Shown in pieces: positions 1 to 11,310 of a stretch of 64,000 nucleotides of DNA. Source of the DNA: Bilabrum cf. latius (taxonomy: Eukaryota); contig OZ237738.1 of assembly GCA_965178125.1 (NCBI GenBank), forward strand, positions 992,001 through 1,056,000, written 5' to 3'. How positions within the stretch are numbered: the first letter of the stretch is position 1; the number at the start of each line of letters is the position of its first letter. Both the position numbers and the translations under genes were made by a program. The notes below the pieces were generated by a model that worked only from the letters and a program-made list of their open reading frames with translations, did no database searches and was not told the origin of the DNA.

Positions 1-105
1 GCGTTCGACTTCGCCGCGTGTCGCCGTTCATCCTTTCCCACCATGTTACACACCACTACCTTACTCCCTTCCCCCGCCCCATGCACGCCCCGCTAGGAAT
101 TGCAA

Positions 106-978
106 TCATAGAACGCGCAGAACAGCGATGCCATCATGACCTTTTTTTCCAACCAGCTGAATGCCGACGCTTTCTAGGCCCGGGTGAGACGCTGCGTGCT
201 CGTTGAACCTAGCAGCCCCAATCGCGTTCTGGTCCCCTGGTGAGGGGTCCATGACAGCACCCCCTCGAACGATGTTATCCGCAATTATGAGGCCCCCTTG
301 TCGCATCAGTGGCAGCAACAGATCCAGGTACTCGCAGTAGGATGCCTTGTCGGCATCCAAGAACGCGACGTCGAACGGAGCAGGTGCTTCCTTGGCCCCG
401 CGTCCGCAAGCTGCATTCATCTGGGCGAGCGACTCCGCCGCTTTTCCAACGCGAATTTCGCAAATATTTCCAAGGCATGCCCGATGCAAGTTTTGGCGTG
501 CAATATTGGCATAATTAGCATCAAGCTCCAGAGAAACGAGAGCTCGATCAGCCCGCGGGATCTGCTCTTCTGCTTCGAACGCGGCAGCAAGTTTGCTGTC
601 TTTCACGAGGCTTCGTCCAAGCCACATTGTGCTATATCCTCCAAGTGTACCAATTTCTAGGATTCTTTCGGCTTTCACCAGCCTGCAGAACATCATCAGT
701 AGCTTTCCTTGCGTGGGAGAAACGTCGTACTCCGGCAACCCAGCTTCTCTCGCAGATTTTAGGGTGCATTGCGCAGCATCGCTCCAATAATTGGTCAGTT
801 TATCAGCGGAATCGGATCTATACACGAACGTGGAGTCCAGGTACTCGTCGACCTTGGCAATAATCGGATCCTTCAACACTCTAAACCTTGGCTCAGCGCA
901 AAATCGCGCAATTGTTCCTCGTGACGAGGACATGCAATAGCCTATGTGATTATAGTATTTTATTGACTGCCGCATCAT
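106..978 (-). CDS. SAM-dependent O-methyltransferase (CCoAOMT/Methyltransf_3-like)
   Basis: Motifs VSPTQGKLL, RILEIGTLGGYST, FDVAFLDADK, GGLIIADN, GKKGHDGIA. Ends at TGA. The true start may be the ATG at 933. Confidence 0.9.
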   Translation of the reverse strand: MMRQSIKYYNHIGYCMSSSRGTIARFCAEPRFRVLKDPIIAKVDEYLDSTFVYRSDSADKLTNYWSDAAQCTLKSAREAGLPEYDVSPTQGKLLMMFCRLVKAERILEIGTLGGYSTMWLGRSLVKDSKLAAAFEAEEQIPRADRALVSLELDANYANIARQNLHRACLGNICEIRVGKAAESLAQMNAACGRGAKEAPAPFDVAFLDADKASYCEYLDLLLPLMRQGGLIIADNIVRGGAVMDPSPGDQNAIGAARFNEHAASHPGLESVGIQLVGKKGHDGIAVLRVL

Positions 979-1170
979 CGTGTTCGGCTTTGAGAGTGAA
1001 GGCAGGGCGTTTGAAATGAAGGAGCTGCAGTAAGTGCTCTTGTTCCGGATTCATGCAGGGCACCCGAGCGTATTCAGACAGTCGCTGCAGAGATCACATA
1101 CAGGGTGCTGTCGCTGTTCGGGGTGATGAGAACTATATTTATAGTATCAAGACAACGATGTGGAAGTATC

Positions 1171-4146
1171 ATGGGCAGACGTTACCTCAGTTGCTCTGGG
1201 GCAGCCCTGTTTCGAACTATGTCGACATCGGCTGGCTCAATGTCTCATACGGCGGTCATGCCAGCTGAGGTGGCAGCTGCTGTGCGTATAGGATGCAATC
1301 ATGCCATACAAAGGGCCGGACTTGGGCCGCAGTCGCGTGTAGTGGTCCTGGACGCTACAGTTGGGGGAGGTTCCCACGCGAAGGCAATCCTTGAATCGAA
1401 CCCTAATGCTGTTGTTCTAGGTGTGGACCGTGACCATGAAGTACTGGAGCAGGCATCCAACGCACTGAAAGAATTTCGAGGCCGTGTGCTCCTTGCCCAT
1501 GCCTCGTTCGCAACGATGCCCGAGGTGCTCGCAGCAGCCAAGCCAGCGTTGCAACAGATGGGTGCCTCTGAGATTGCCAGCTGCGAGGGCCTCGCGAGAC
1601 ACGTAGCAGCGAATGGTCCATTCGCCAGCAGCACCGCAACAACACCAGACCAGCCGCAGCAGCTGGCCGATGACCGCCTATCCGTACCGCTGGTCGGTGC
1701 CGTCCTCATGGATCTCGGCATCAACTCCGTGCACGTGGATGACGCATCCAGGGGGTTTTCGTACAGGAGAGACGGGCCGCTGGACATGAGATTTGACAGG
1801 TAGGCCGGCAAGCAGTCCTATTTCGATGCAGACCGCAACGCAGAGGGGGAGCCGCCGCCGAACGCCTTTCCGTACATTTTGGAGACGTTCCAGCACCAGT
1901 CGCGGGGCCAGGGGCCCTCCCAGCCAGAATCCAAAGGGTACCAGCAGCAGAGCATTCGCTTGTTTCAGCCGGGCGAGCCCATACCCGCACCGTTGGAGGG
2001 CTCGCCGTGGGTGTGGCAGCGGCCCATCGTGTTCACTGCCGCAGACCTCGTGTCCCGCCTGCCCGTCAGGATGCTCGCCAGCCTGTTCGATGAAATGGGG
2101 AACGAGCCCAGGGCCGAATTGTGCGCGAGCGCCATCGCGCACTGGAGGGGCGCGGGCCGTCACCGCAGGAAGATTCAGTCCACGCTGGAGCTCAGGTATG
2201 TGATCGACAGGGCGGTCAGCGCGCTGGAGGGCACGCTCCCCGACCACCTGCTGCGCAACAGGGGCAAGAGAAGGAAGCTGAAGATGGCCAAGACCGAGCA
2301 CTGGATCTCGGCCAGGGACAGACAGCGCACTTTGCAGGAGATGGAGAGATCAAAGCCGTGGAACCCAGCGGTGCTCGGCCGCTGCTTCCAGGCGCTCCGA
2401 TGTGCGGTCAACAACGAGATGGCGCACGTGCGAGATGGCATCGCCGTGGCTGGGTCGTTGCTGGCGCCGGGGGGCACTCTCGTGTCCCTTGCGTTCCAGC
2501 CCACCGAGGACCGAGCCCTCCGCAAGTTCGCCAGGGTACGATCCATGCGCGGCAGCGCGCAGCGGCTGGGTCTGGCAGACCTGCAGCAAGAGGCGGAGCG
2601 TCTGAGCACCTCGGTGAGCAATGCAGAGGATGCGCTTTCAGTCCCAATGCAAATTGCGGGCCCCGACAAGCGGGTGTCCGCGAGAGAAGGGGCGGGGGAA
2701 GGGCAGGACGAGGGAGTCGAGGCGACGAGACCTACTATCAAAGAGGTGCGGAAGAACCCCCGCGCCAGGAGCGCAAGGCTGCACGTGGTGCAGATTCACA
2801 GCCCGAGGGTTCCCTCCGCGTGGAAGGAGAGGCAGCAGATGGAGCTAGACTGGCTGCAGGGCCGCATGGAGGAGCTAGACGAAAGCACCGAGGAAAGCAG
2901 CCGCGCTGGCAGCGAGGGCGAATCGGATCGCGCGGGGGAATCGCGCCCACCTCGGGCATTCGCCGGCGCACACGACTGGAGCCAAGACGGGGACAGGGGC
3001 CTCGAGTTGCTGCAGCGCCTAGCAAGCGAATACCCTGAGGCTGCCGGCAGGTTGACCGGCCGCAAGGTCTTCTTCCCGTCCTGGGTGGAGATGGCCATGG
3101 TGAAGAGCGACAAGACCAAGCGCTGGCAGAGACGCATGCACAGGGCAGAGGTTCGGGAGGCCAAGCATGCTGCGGACGAGGCGCAGCGGAGGAAAGAGGT
3201 GGCGCAGGGGGTGGGCTTGGATGACTACGCCAGCGACGGTAGTGAGGTAAGCATTCGCTTCGAAGACAGGAAGAACTAGGGCCGAGACAGCCCAGAGCAG
3301 GAGGGCTGGGGCGACGCAGATGAGGCAGAGATTGCCGACAGGAGCGGCCTCGCGGACTAGACCATGAACGAATAGACTGCAGGAGGCGAAGAGAGTCGGC
3401 AAGAGCAGCGCATTGCCCTGCCCGGTGTCGAGGCAGGCAAGGGCGGCGTGAACATGGAAGCGCTGTCGGACATGCAGGGAATCAGGGCGAGCCGCCTGGC
3501 CTCCATGCAGGCAGACATGGTGCGGCAGGGCGTGCCTGTGCATGTGGATGCAGAAGCGCTGCAGGGCATGCAGGCGCTTCTAGACATGGAGCTGCAGAGC
3601 GGCAGGAGCCCCGTGGATCTGCAGAGGCAGCCCGTGGTGGCCCCCATGGATGCAGAGCAAGACAGCGGCGGCGTGTATACGGTGCAGGAGGAGGAGGAGG
3701 AGGAGGACGATGCGTTTAGCAAGGCGTTTGCTGGGGGTGGTCGTACTGGTTTGGGCGGCGAGGAGGACGACGTGAGTCCCGAGGAGCTGATTGCCATGGC
3801 GGAGCAGAGCAGGATGCGCGATGGAGAGGCCGGTGAGGTGGGTATGGATGGTGCAGTGGGTGAAGGTGAGGGTGATCTCGAGTGGGAGGGGGCCGAGGAA
3901 GGGGGCGTGTCGGACGGCAGCGACGTGGAGGGCAGCACGCTGGGCCACGAGGTGCGGACGGTGGAGCTGGAGCCTGGGCTATTCGAGGAGATGAAGCAGC
4001 GCGCTCTGGAGAGGGGCTTGTCACACGAAGAGGTTGGAGAGCTTTACTCTGGACAGGACGGCGGCCCTGTTGCCTTCGATTTGGACGCGATGGTCGACTC
4101 GAGCGATGACGGAGGGGAGGGGTTCAATCCGAATGGGAGGCAGTGA
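1171..4146 (+). CDS. rsmH: RsmH/MraW (METTL15-like) rRNA m4C methyltransferase with probable organellar transit peptide and long acidic C-terminal extension
   Basis: Motifs [61 protein letters not shown]-track pieces 1105-1803, 1879-3279 and 3448-4146 share one frame, separated only by TAG (1801, 3277, 3358, 3373). Ends at TGA. Start uncertain (1126 or 1171). Confidence 0.85.
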
Positions 4147-4276
4147 TGCCGCGATTTAGTATGCGGTGTGAACAGGTATACACAGAACGAACACCAGTGG
4201 TGGTATACTTCTGTCCATATGCAATGCGCCTGTGCATAACGTCCACGCCGTGATGGGCTATGCCCTAACAGCGACG

Positions 4277-4996
4277 TCAATGGCACGCAGCGTCGGTGAC
4301 GCCAGCTGTTCCCGCAGAGTCCCCGATGGGCGAAAAAAAGAATACGCCTAGCGCCTCTCCGGCACACACGGCAAAGAAAAGACCCACGTTGAAGGCTGCG
4401 AGGAGCACAATGGTTCAGAAACAGCAGGCAAGTCTGCACAACGGAACGCGGAGGGGGGGGAGATGCAATTAGAGTGATGTCTTACTCATGGCAACAAGCA
4501 TGTTAATGAATGCAACTGCTGTAATAACAAAGTAGAGGAGGGCGTCGATCCCTCGCAAAGACCACACGAGGTACGTCGCCGGCCGCGCCATGCCGACCTG
4601 TCTCGCGGATCCACCGGCGGGCTTCACGGCCGACACCTCCCCAGAAGAAGGTGGCATTGAGACGTTCGCCTCAAGATCGTTTGATGCAGATGCATGGCTG
4701 CGCGGGGCTGTTGCTGGATTGCAGTTGCACGAGGAACCGGCACCAATCGAAGGCCCATCAAGCAAAGGCTGCACTCCTAGTTCAGCTGTCCCATCGCACC
4801 CACAGCCGCATGAGCCTGATTTTGTCATCCATGTCATGAAATGCCTCCTAACCCACACGAGAAACTGCCGGGCGACTCCGAACAGCATGATTGCGATTAA
4901 CGCACCGCAATATTGCCCGGGAGTTTTCGTGACCCAAGAATTGAAGAGGATCGTGGCCTCGATAGAATTGTAAAATGTCATCTACATCATCATCAT
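4277..4996 (-). CDS. Ctr/COPT copper transporter, 2 exons
   Basis: N-terminal MMMM(TAG)MTFY. The MLVAM|TFNVG motif is joined across a GT-AG intron at 4396-4485. GEALG (GxxxG) helix. C-terminal ..ACH then TGA. Confidence 0.88.
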
Positions 4997-5091
4997 GGCT
5001 GCAGGGGTGGCGCTGACAGGATCGAGGAGAGCAAATATAAACAAGAAATTCGCAAGCCTGAGTGCATCCCTGTGCCGCTGACGAGTGCACT

Positions 5092-6531
5092 TCAGCTGAC
5101 ATCTTTGCCCTCCATCGCAGCGCCCGAACCTGCCTTTGCAATGGCAGGCGGCAGGAAATCAGCAGGCCGAACGACTTCAGGCACTTTGGCGGCCTCGCAG
5201 ACCGAAGCTCCGAGCCTAGCATCCACCAGCCTCAGGTACATGGCCACTCCCACGGGCAGCGCACGGTCGTTGAAATCAAACGTCGTGGCGTGCAGCATGG
5301 GGTTCTCTCGCCCCTCCTCCTCCGTCCCAACGAACCAGTAGCAGCCAGGAATCTCCTTGGTGTAGAACGCAAAGTCCTCGCCGCCGAGCACGGGCAATCC
5401 ATCCGAAGATACGGAAGCGGCATCAGCACCAGTCAGGTCAACTACCGAACCTTCGCCGAGTACTTCGGCTGCAGCCTTCCTCGCGGCCTCCGCGGGCCCC
5501 TTGGCATTCACCAGGGCAGGGTAGAGGTCGGTGAAGCTGACCTCGGCCTCGCAGCCCCCGGCCAGTGCCGCCCCCTTTGCCACCTCCGTGACCCTCCGCA
5601 TGACCGTCTCCGTCACCTCGTCCCTCAGCGTGCGGATGGTCCCGCTGAGCTTCACCTCGTCCGGAAGAACGTTCCTCGCTTCGCCCCCGTGGACCGTGGC
5701 CACCGATACCACAGCGGAATCGAGGAAATGGACTGACCTGGAGACCACCTGCTGCAGCCCCACCACCACGTGCGCGGCAGCAAGCACCGCGTCGGCTCCG
5801 TCCCCCGCGGAGGGCTGGGAGGCGTGGCACCCCTTGCCCCGGACAACAATGTCAAGGTCGGTGACACGCGCCATGACCGGCCCGCTGGCCACGCGGATGG
5901 TGCCCAGCGGGAACTTGGGCCAGTTGTGGAAGCCGTACACCTCTGAGACGCCTTCGAGGCAGCCTTGCTCTACCATGGGCTTCGCACCGCCTCCGCGAGG
6001 ACCCCCTTCTTCGGCTGGCTGCCAAAGCAGCCGCACGACAGAGTCGCTAGGGATGCGGTCGCGGTGGGCGAGCAGAAGGGTGGTTGCTCCGAGCAACGTG
6101 GCCATGTGTCCGTCGTGCCCGCACATGTGAGCCGCACCGGGGCGACGGGAGCGATGAGGCAAGTGTGGACTGCACTCTGTCATGGGTAGAGCGTCAATAT
6201 CGGACCGGAGAGCGACAACTCGAAGCCCCTCGTCGTTCCGTGCAGCAAAATCGCCGTCGGCGCCGTCACCGGCTGCCGGCCCGCTTCCCCGCACATCAAC
6301 CACCAAGCCAGTCTCCGCCAGCGACCGAATATCTTTTTCGTCTACCCCAAGAGCGACTAGCTGCTCTCGGATCAGCGCGCTCGTATCCTTCTCCAAGAAG
6401 GCCGTCTCGGGCTGGCTGTGCAAGTGGTGTCGCACCTTCACAAGCGATTTGATAAGATCGGCAGTCAAAGCCGACTGCTTGACATCAAATGACGGTGCTG
6501 CGGCATCGCTACTCCCGCCAACGGCTGCCAT
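5092..6531 (-). CDS. M20D-family amidohydrolase (IAA-amino acid hydrolase/hippuricase-like)
   Basis: Motifs RHHLHSQPETAFLE, ALRSDIDALPM, MCGHDGHM, WQPAEEG, GKGCHAS, GGEDFAFY, LHATTFDFND. No introns seen. Ends at TGA. Confidence 0.92.
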   Translation of the reverse strand: MAAVGGSSDAAAPSFDVKQSALTADLIKSLVKVRHHLHSQPETAFLEKDTSALIREQLVALGVDEKDIRSLAETGLVVDVRGSGPAAGDGADGDFAARNDEGLRVVALRSDIDALPMTECSPHLPHRSRRPGAAHMCGHDGHMATLLGATTLLLAHRDRIPSDSVVRLLWQPAEEGGPRGGGAKPMVEQGCLEGVSEVYGFHNWPKFPLGTIRVASGPVMARVTDLDIVVRGKGCHASQPSAGDGADAVLAAAHVVVGLQQVVSRSVHFLDSAVVSVATVHGGEARNVLPDEVKLSGTIRTLRDEVTETVMRRVTEVAKGAALAGGCEAEVSFTDLYPALVNAKGPAEAARKAAAEVLGEGSVVDLTGADAASVSSDGLPVLGGEDFAFYTKEIPGCYWFVGTEEEGRENPMLHATTFDFNDRALPVGVAMYLRLVDARLGASVCEAAKVPEVVRPADFLPPAIAKAGSGAAMEGKDVS

Positions 6532-6666
6532 CGTGCCTAAAAACTGGTTGGAAACATGCAGTTGCACCTGGCGCCCCAAGGATGACGAGCAATTGGAGCT
6601 CCTGCGACAAAAATGCACTCCAGAACTTGCGATATGAAAGGGACGGAGACCTGAAAACACGCTAGA

Positions 6667-7875
6667 ATGGACCATCAGTAGCAGCGAAATGCAAAAAAGC
6701 GCCGGAAGGAACGTGCTCGGCGCCAGCCTACTACTCAAAGTGGCGGAGCACAGGAGGAAATCGACGCCATTGCCGCAAAAACGGTTCGTTAGCTCGTGGT
6801 TGGGGCCATGGTAGGATGTGCAGCTAGAATATCATCTGTAGACGACGCCGTTAAGAAGCTCTCGAGGCCTTTACAGCTTGACAACGCAAGGGCTCCCAGC
6901 AAACGCCCGCACGGAGCAAACCGTTCGAATATCATGGGATGGAGGAAGAAAGCAAAATTGTTGCGAGAGCAAGAGCATACAAGTGCGACACCGGTTTGGA
7001 AGGCTTCCCTGCCGCCTCATCCCACGTGGGGTTGGGTCGCGTCGTGCCATCAGGCCTGGGCGCGGTACGCCATCGGGGTGGTTCGATTTGCAGCCAAAGC
7101 GAGAGCTTCGGAGGAAGTGCTTTGGGAGCTCGACCTCACGTTTGCTGCCGCCTTGGTGACCCGATGCGCGAGCTCGCCGTCGTGGGTGGGAGCCGAGGTT
7201 GTGGTGCTGCGGGAGCTTCGGGACTCGCTCGTGATTGCTAGGTGCTCTGGCCCAAAGGCAAGTGATGCAGGCAAGGAAGGCACACAGGCTGCCAAGGGGG
7301 GTGCGACAGGGAACGATTCACGCCCGGCATCTGATGCCGTTGCAACCAAGCTGATACCAAAGCGAGGCACCGCCATACTGGTTCCGCTCCCAGCGCGCGG
7401 CGCCAAGGAGGTGGCGAAAGCAGCCCCTCTCCAGCTGGCGGGGTCTTTCCTCGCCTTGGGAAACAAGACGAACAAGACCTCTGGCAGATGGTTGGAGGGA
7501 TCGAGTGGCGGTGAGAGGGCGGGTGCGGGTGTGAGCAGCAGCGCGGGTCCGGTCAGCAGCACGTCGTTGGAGCGCGCGCCCGTGCCACCCGAGGCCACGC
7601 CATCTCTAGAGGGAGTGGCGACTGGAGCGAGCAGCAGCAGCAGCAGCTCCTCGTCAGCTGCAGCGGCGGGTGGTAGTTCGGGCACTAAGCCATTGATGCT
7701 GCCCCGTAGCCTGATTCCACCGGAGGGCACGCCCTGTCGTTGGATCGAGTGCCTGTGTGAGGCCATGCGGTGGCGAGGGGGGCCGCGGGGGTGCGGGGAG
7801 GCGGCCTGGGAGCAGCACAGGCAGGACCTGAGGAGGAAGGCTGCGGAGAGGAAGAGGGGTGGATTTGGCTCGTGA
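6667..7875 (+). CDS. POP4: Probable RNase P/MRP subunit p29 (POP4/Rpp29)
   Basis: LDLTFAAALVTRCASSPSWVGAEVVVLRELRDSLVI...KLIPKRGTAIL resembles the Rpp29 core. Extends 5' through TAGs at 6679 and 6790 to ATG 6667, giving a basic NLS-like N-terminus. Confidence 0.6.
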
Positions 7876-8022
7876 TGGGCAAATGACGCAGCGCTGGATT
7901 TGTGGAGCATAGCTCGCAGGGCAGCGTATGGATGGTCATTGTCGAGACTGCATGCCGGTGTGTGATGACAGCCTGAGTGCCTCGTCAGCGACACGCATGC
8001 AAGTGCAAGTTCCATTTGAAGC

Positions 8023-11000
8023 ATGCTGCAGGCTCGCACCCGGGCCTTCTCCAGCAAATCAACCAGGCCGGTACAAAGTTTATTGTATAATATTCTAAAT
8101 GCGGACGACCCCCGCGGTATTGACCTTTCTAAGGGCGAGATTAGCCAGCTCTTGCGATCACGAGGAGCGACTGCGTGGAGCGTGCTCGCGGCAGCCGACT
8201 AGATGAGGCAGCGCACCTCTGGCCCAGGGGTTAGTTACGTGGTAAATCGCAACATAAATTTCACGAACACTTGCGTGAAGAAATGTGGATTTTGTGCCTT
8301 TTCGCGGACTGGATTGAACAAGGAGGCTTATCACTTGCCTATTTCGAAAGTAGTGGCACGCGCAGAAGAAGCTCGTGACCTTGGGGCAACCGAAGTGTGC
8401 ATTCAAGCCGGGTTGCCGCCGGGAATGCCTGCGGATCTCTACTATCGAACTGCAGCCGCAGTGAAGGAGGCTTGTCCTGACATCCAGATCCACGGCTTCA
8501 GCCCTGAAGAGGTCCTCTATGCCTCCAAAATTGGGAAGCTAAGTATTCGGGAAGTTCTTCTCGCGCTGAAGGCAGCAGGTGTAACGTCACTGCCAGGCAC
8601 TAGCGCTGAAGTTCTTGTCCCAGAGGTGCGGGAGCGTCTAGCTGCAGCACGCATCAGTGTGCAGCAGTGGACTGAAGTCGTGCGCACCGCCCATGATGTG
8701 GGCCTCCCGACGACATCCACCGTAATGTACGGGCACTGTGAGCACCCTGAAGACCTGGCAGACCACTTGATTCACCTGCGGGATCTCCAGAGGGCGTCGA
8801 CAGGCTCCATCGGAGGCATCGCCACCGATGGTGCCGTGGGCATCACCGAATTCGTCCCGCTGAGCTTTGTCGCAGCAGACGCCCCCATGGTGAAGCGCAG
8901 GCACGACCACATCATGAATGAGCTCTAGACCGAGCTCGGCGACAGCCCTGTCACGCCGGGCGGTTCTGCACCTGGCAGTGCGGGTGGGACGAATGGGCGC
9001 GTCCCAGTTCCTCTTCGGTCTGGCCCCTCAGGGGAGCAGGTCCTGCTGCTGCACGCGGTGGCTCGGCTGGCGCTCAACAGGGACATTCCCAACATGCAGG
9101 CATCGTGGGTCAAGGAAGGCCCCCGCATGGCCCAGCTGCTGCTGCAAGCCGGCTGCAACGACCTTGGCGGCACGCTCATCAACGAGTCCATCTCGACTGC
9201 AGCGGGGGCCAAGCATGGCCAGCTCATGAAGCCCTCTCAAATCCGCGCCCTAGTGCGTGGGCTAAACCCGACCATGGCGTGGGGCGATGGACAAGCCAGC
9301 ATGGGCGAATCCAGTGGCCAGTTGGAGAGCGAAGCAGAGGAACCACCACCAAGCAGTGGGTACGATGCAGCCACGGATGCTGACGGTGCTGAAGAGCTGA
9401 GGTATCCATGGCAACGAGACACGGGCTACAAGCAGCTGAAGAAGTTCTCTTCCCACGCTACTGACGTGGAGGCAGCTCGCGAAGCCGCAGTAGAGCCACT
9501 GGAGGCTGTCAGCACGGAGCAATCAGCGGTGGAGCAAAGGTTTGGCTCCTTCTTCGCTCTTGCTGCCTCGTCCGAGCACAGGTTTAGAGACAAGATCCCT
9601 GGCAGGGCGACCGGCAGCTCTGCACGGTCGCGGCGGTCATCCGCACAGTCAGTGGCTGCGCAGCAGCGCGGCATCTGGACAAGGGCTGCTGCCGATGCAA
9701 GAGTTGGGCGTGGCTTTGCAACACCGAGGCGAGGCCTGCACTGCACCGATGCTGCCGGGTAGGCCTTTGAGAAAACCGTTACGTTCTCGCCTAGCTATAC
9801 GCTTGTACCAACCTATGAGTGTTTTAACAGGTGCGCTTATTGCAACTTCCGGCAGAATTCGAACGAAGCCAAAGCCAAGCGGGCACAGCCGGCCAGCGGC
9901 GACGACGCTGCCCTGGCTCAGGTTGACACTGCCCAGTGGGGCTGGATGCAGGACGGCGATGCGCGAGTACGCCTGAATGCGCTTCGACGGCCAGAGGTGG
10001 AGCGGGCCTACGGCGGCTCTCGGATCAGAGAGGCCCTTGTGCTGTCCGGAGAGGTGTCCCCTGGGAGCTGGAGGAGGCCACTCTTCCTCCAGAGGGTCGA
10101 AGGCATCTGCCACGCCGCCCTAGAGGCGGGTTTGCTACCGCACACGAATGCAGGGCCACTCTCAGAGGAAGAGATGCGAACTCTGAGGAGGACCAACGTC
10201 AGCATGGGGCTGATGCTGGAGCAGCTCACTACCAAGCTAGCAGCTGGCGTGCACAGGTTCGCTCCTTCCAAGAAAGATCCTGGTCAACGGCTGGAGCAGC
10301 TGCAGCAGGCAGGACGCTTGCGGGTCCCGTTCACAACCGGCATCCTTTGCGGCATTGGTGAGAACGAAGGCGATCGCATAGAGTCGATGGAGGCCATTGC
10401 GCGCACGGATGAGGACTTTGGGGGGCACATCCAGGAAGTGATCGTGCAGCCGCACGCGACCGGTGAGTCCCAGCTGGACGCCAGCCTTGGCACGTTTTCG
10501 CACGATGATTTGGTGGCCACGGTCAGCGCGGCCAAGCGCCTGCTCCCGCCGCACATCGCGGTGTAGGTACCACCCAACCTAGCCCTCGCCAACTAGGCTG
10601 TGGAAGCACGCAGCAGCAGCATCTCCGATGGATTGGACCGTGATAGTGCATAGCACGAGGAGGCAGCACACGACGTTGCTGCCTCTTTGTCTCGATCTGG
10701 CGAGGGCGCCAGGTTGCTTGACTGCATCGGGGCAGGAGCCACTGACCTCGGTGGCATCTCTCCGCTCGACGAGGTGAATCCATCCCACGCCTTCCCGCTC
10801 GTGTCGGGTCTGCAGGCGTTTCTAGCATCGCACGGTGTTGCCCTGCTGCCGCGGCTTCCTGTGCACGACGAGTACATTCGGGACGATGCTGCTTTGGCAA
10901 GGTGGGTCGATGCATCGCTGCACGATGCCGTGCGGCAACACAGGGCGGCAGTGCAGCAAGAGAGGGCTGCCTTGCTGAACAACGCCTCGGAGCAGCGGCA

Positions 11001-11112
11001 GCAGCGCTAGCGCCCGTCTCTATCTTTGGCTGGGACTCAAGATGTCGGTGGATAGCCCTATGGGCTGCCAGTGGATGTGACCGCAGCCTCTGAGTCCGAG
11101 CACCGGCTCTGA
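8023..11112 (+). CDS. Bifunctional FO (8-HDF) synthase: N-terminal CofH radical-SAM domain fused to C-terminal CofG radical-SAM domain
   Basis: CofH: VSYVVNRNINFTNTCVKKCGFCAF, PGTSAEVL, TTSTVMYGH, ITEFVPLSFV, NMQASWVKEG, GCNDLGGTLINESIS. CofG: VTFSPSYTLVPTYECFNRCAYCNFR, PHTNAG, NVSMGLMLE, PFTTGILCGIGE, HIQEVIVQP, (TAG)VPPNL, DLGGISPLDEVNP. One frame with 8 TAGs (8200, 8926, 9760, 10564, 10594, 10651, 11008, 11053). Ends at TGA. Confidence 0.9.
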
Positions 11113-11310
11113 GCAGTAGGCATCAGGGTCTAGGGCCTAGACTAGGCGCTCATTGTGGACCCGGAATCATGAATGCCTCCCGCGGCGTATTGTGCCGGAA
11201 CAATTACACGAAGTAAACATACCGATACGAACCACCAAGACAAATCTCAATCAATCACGCAGACGTACATGGAGAGGCTTGGTCCAGGCAAGTCAGCTGG
11301 CCAAGAGATC

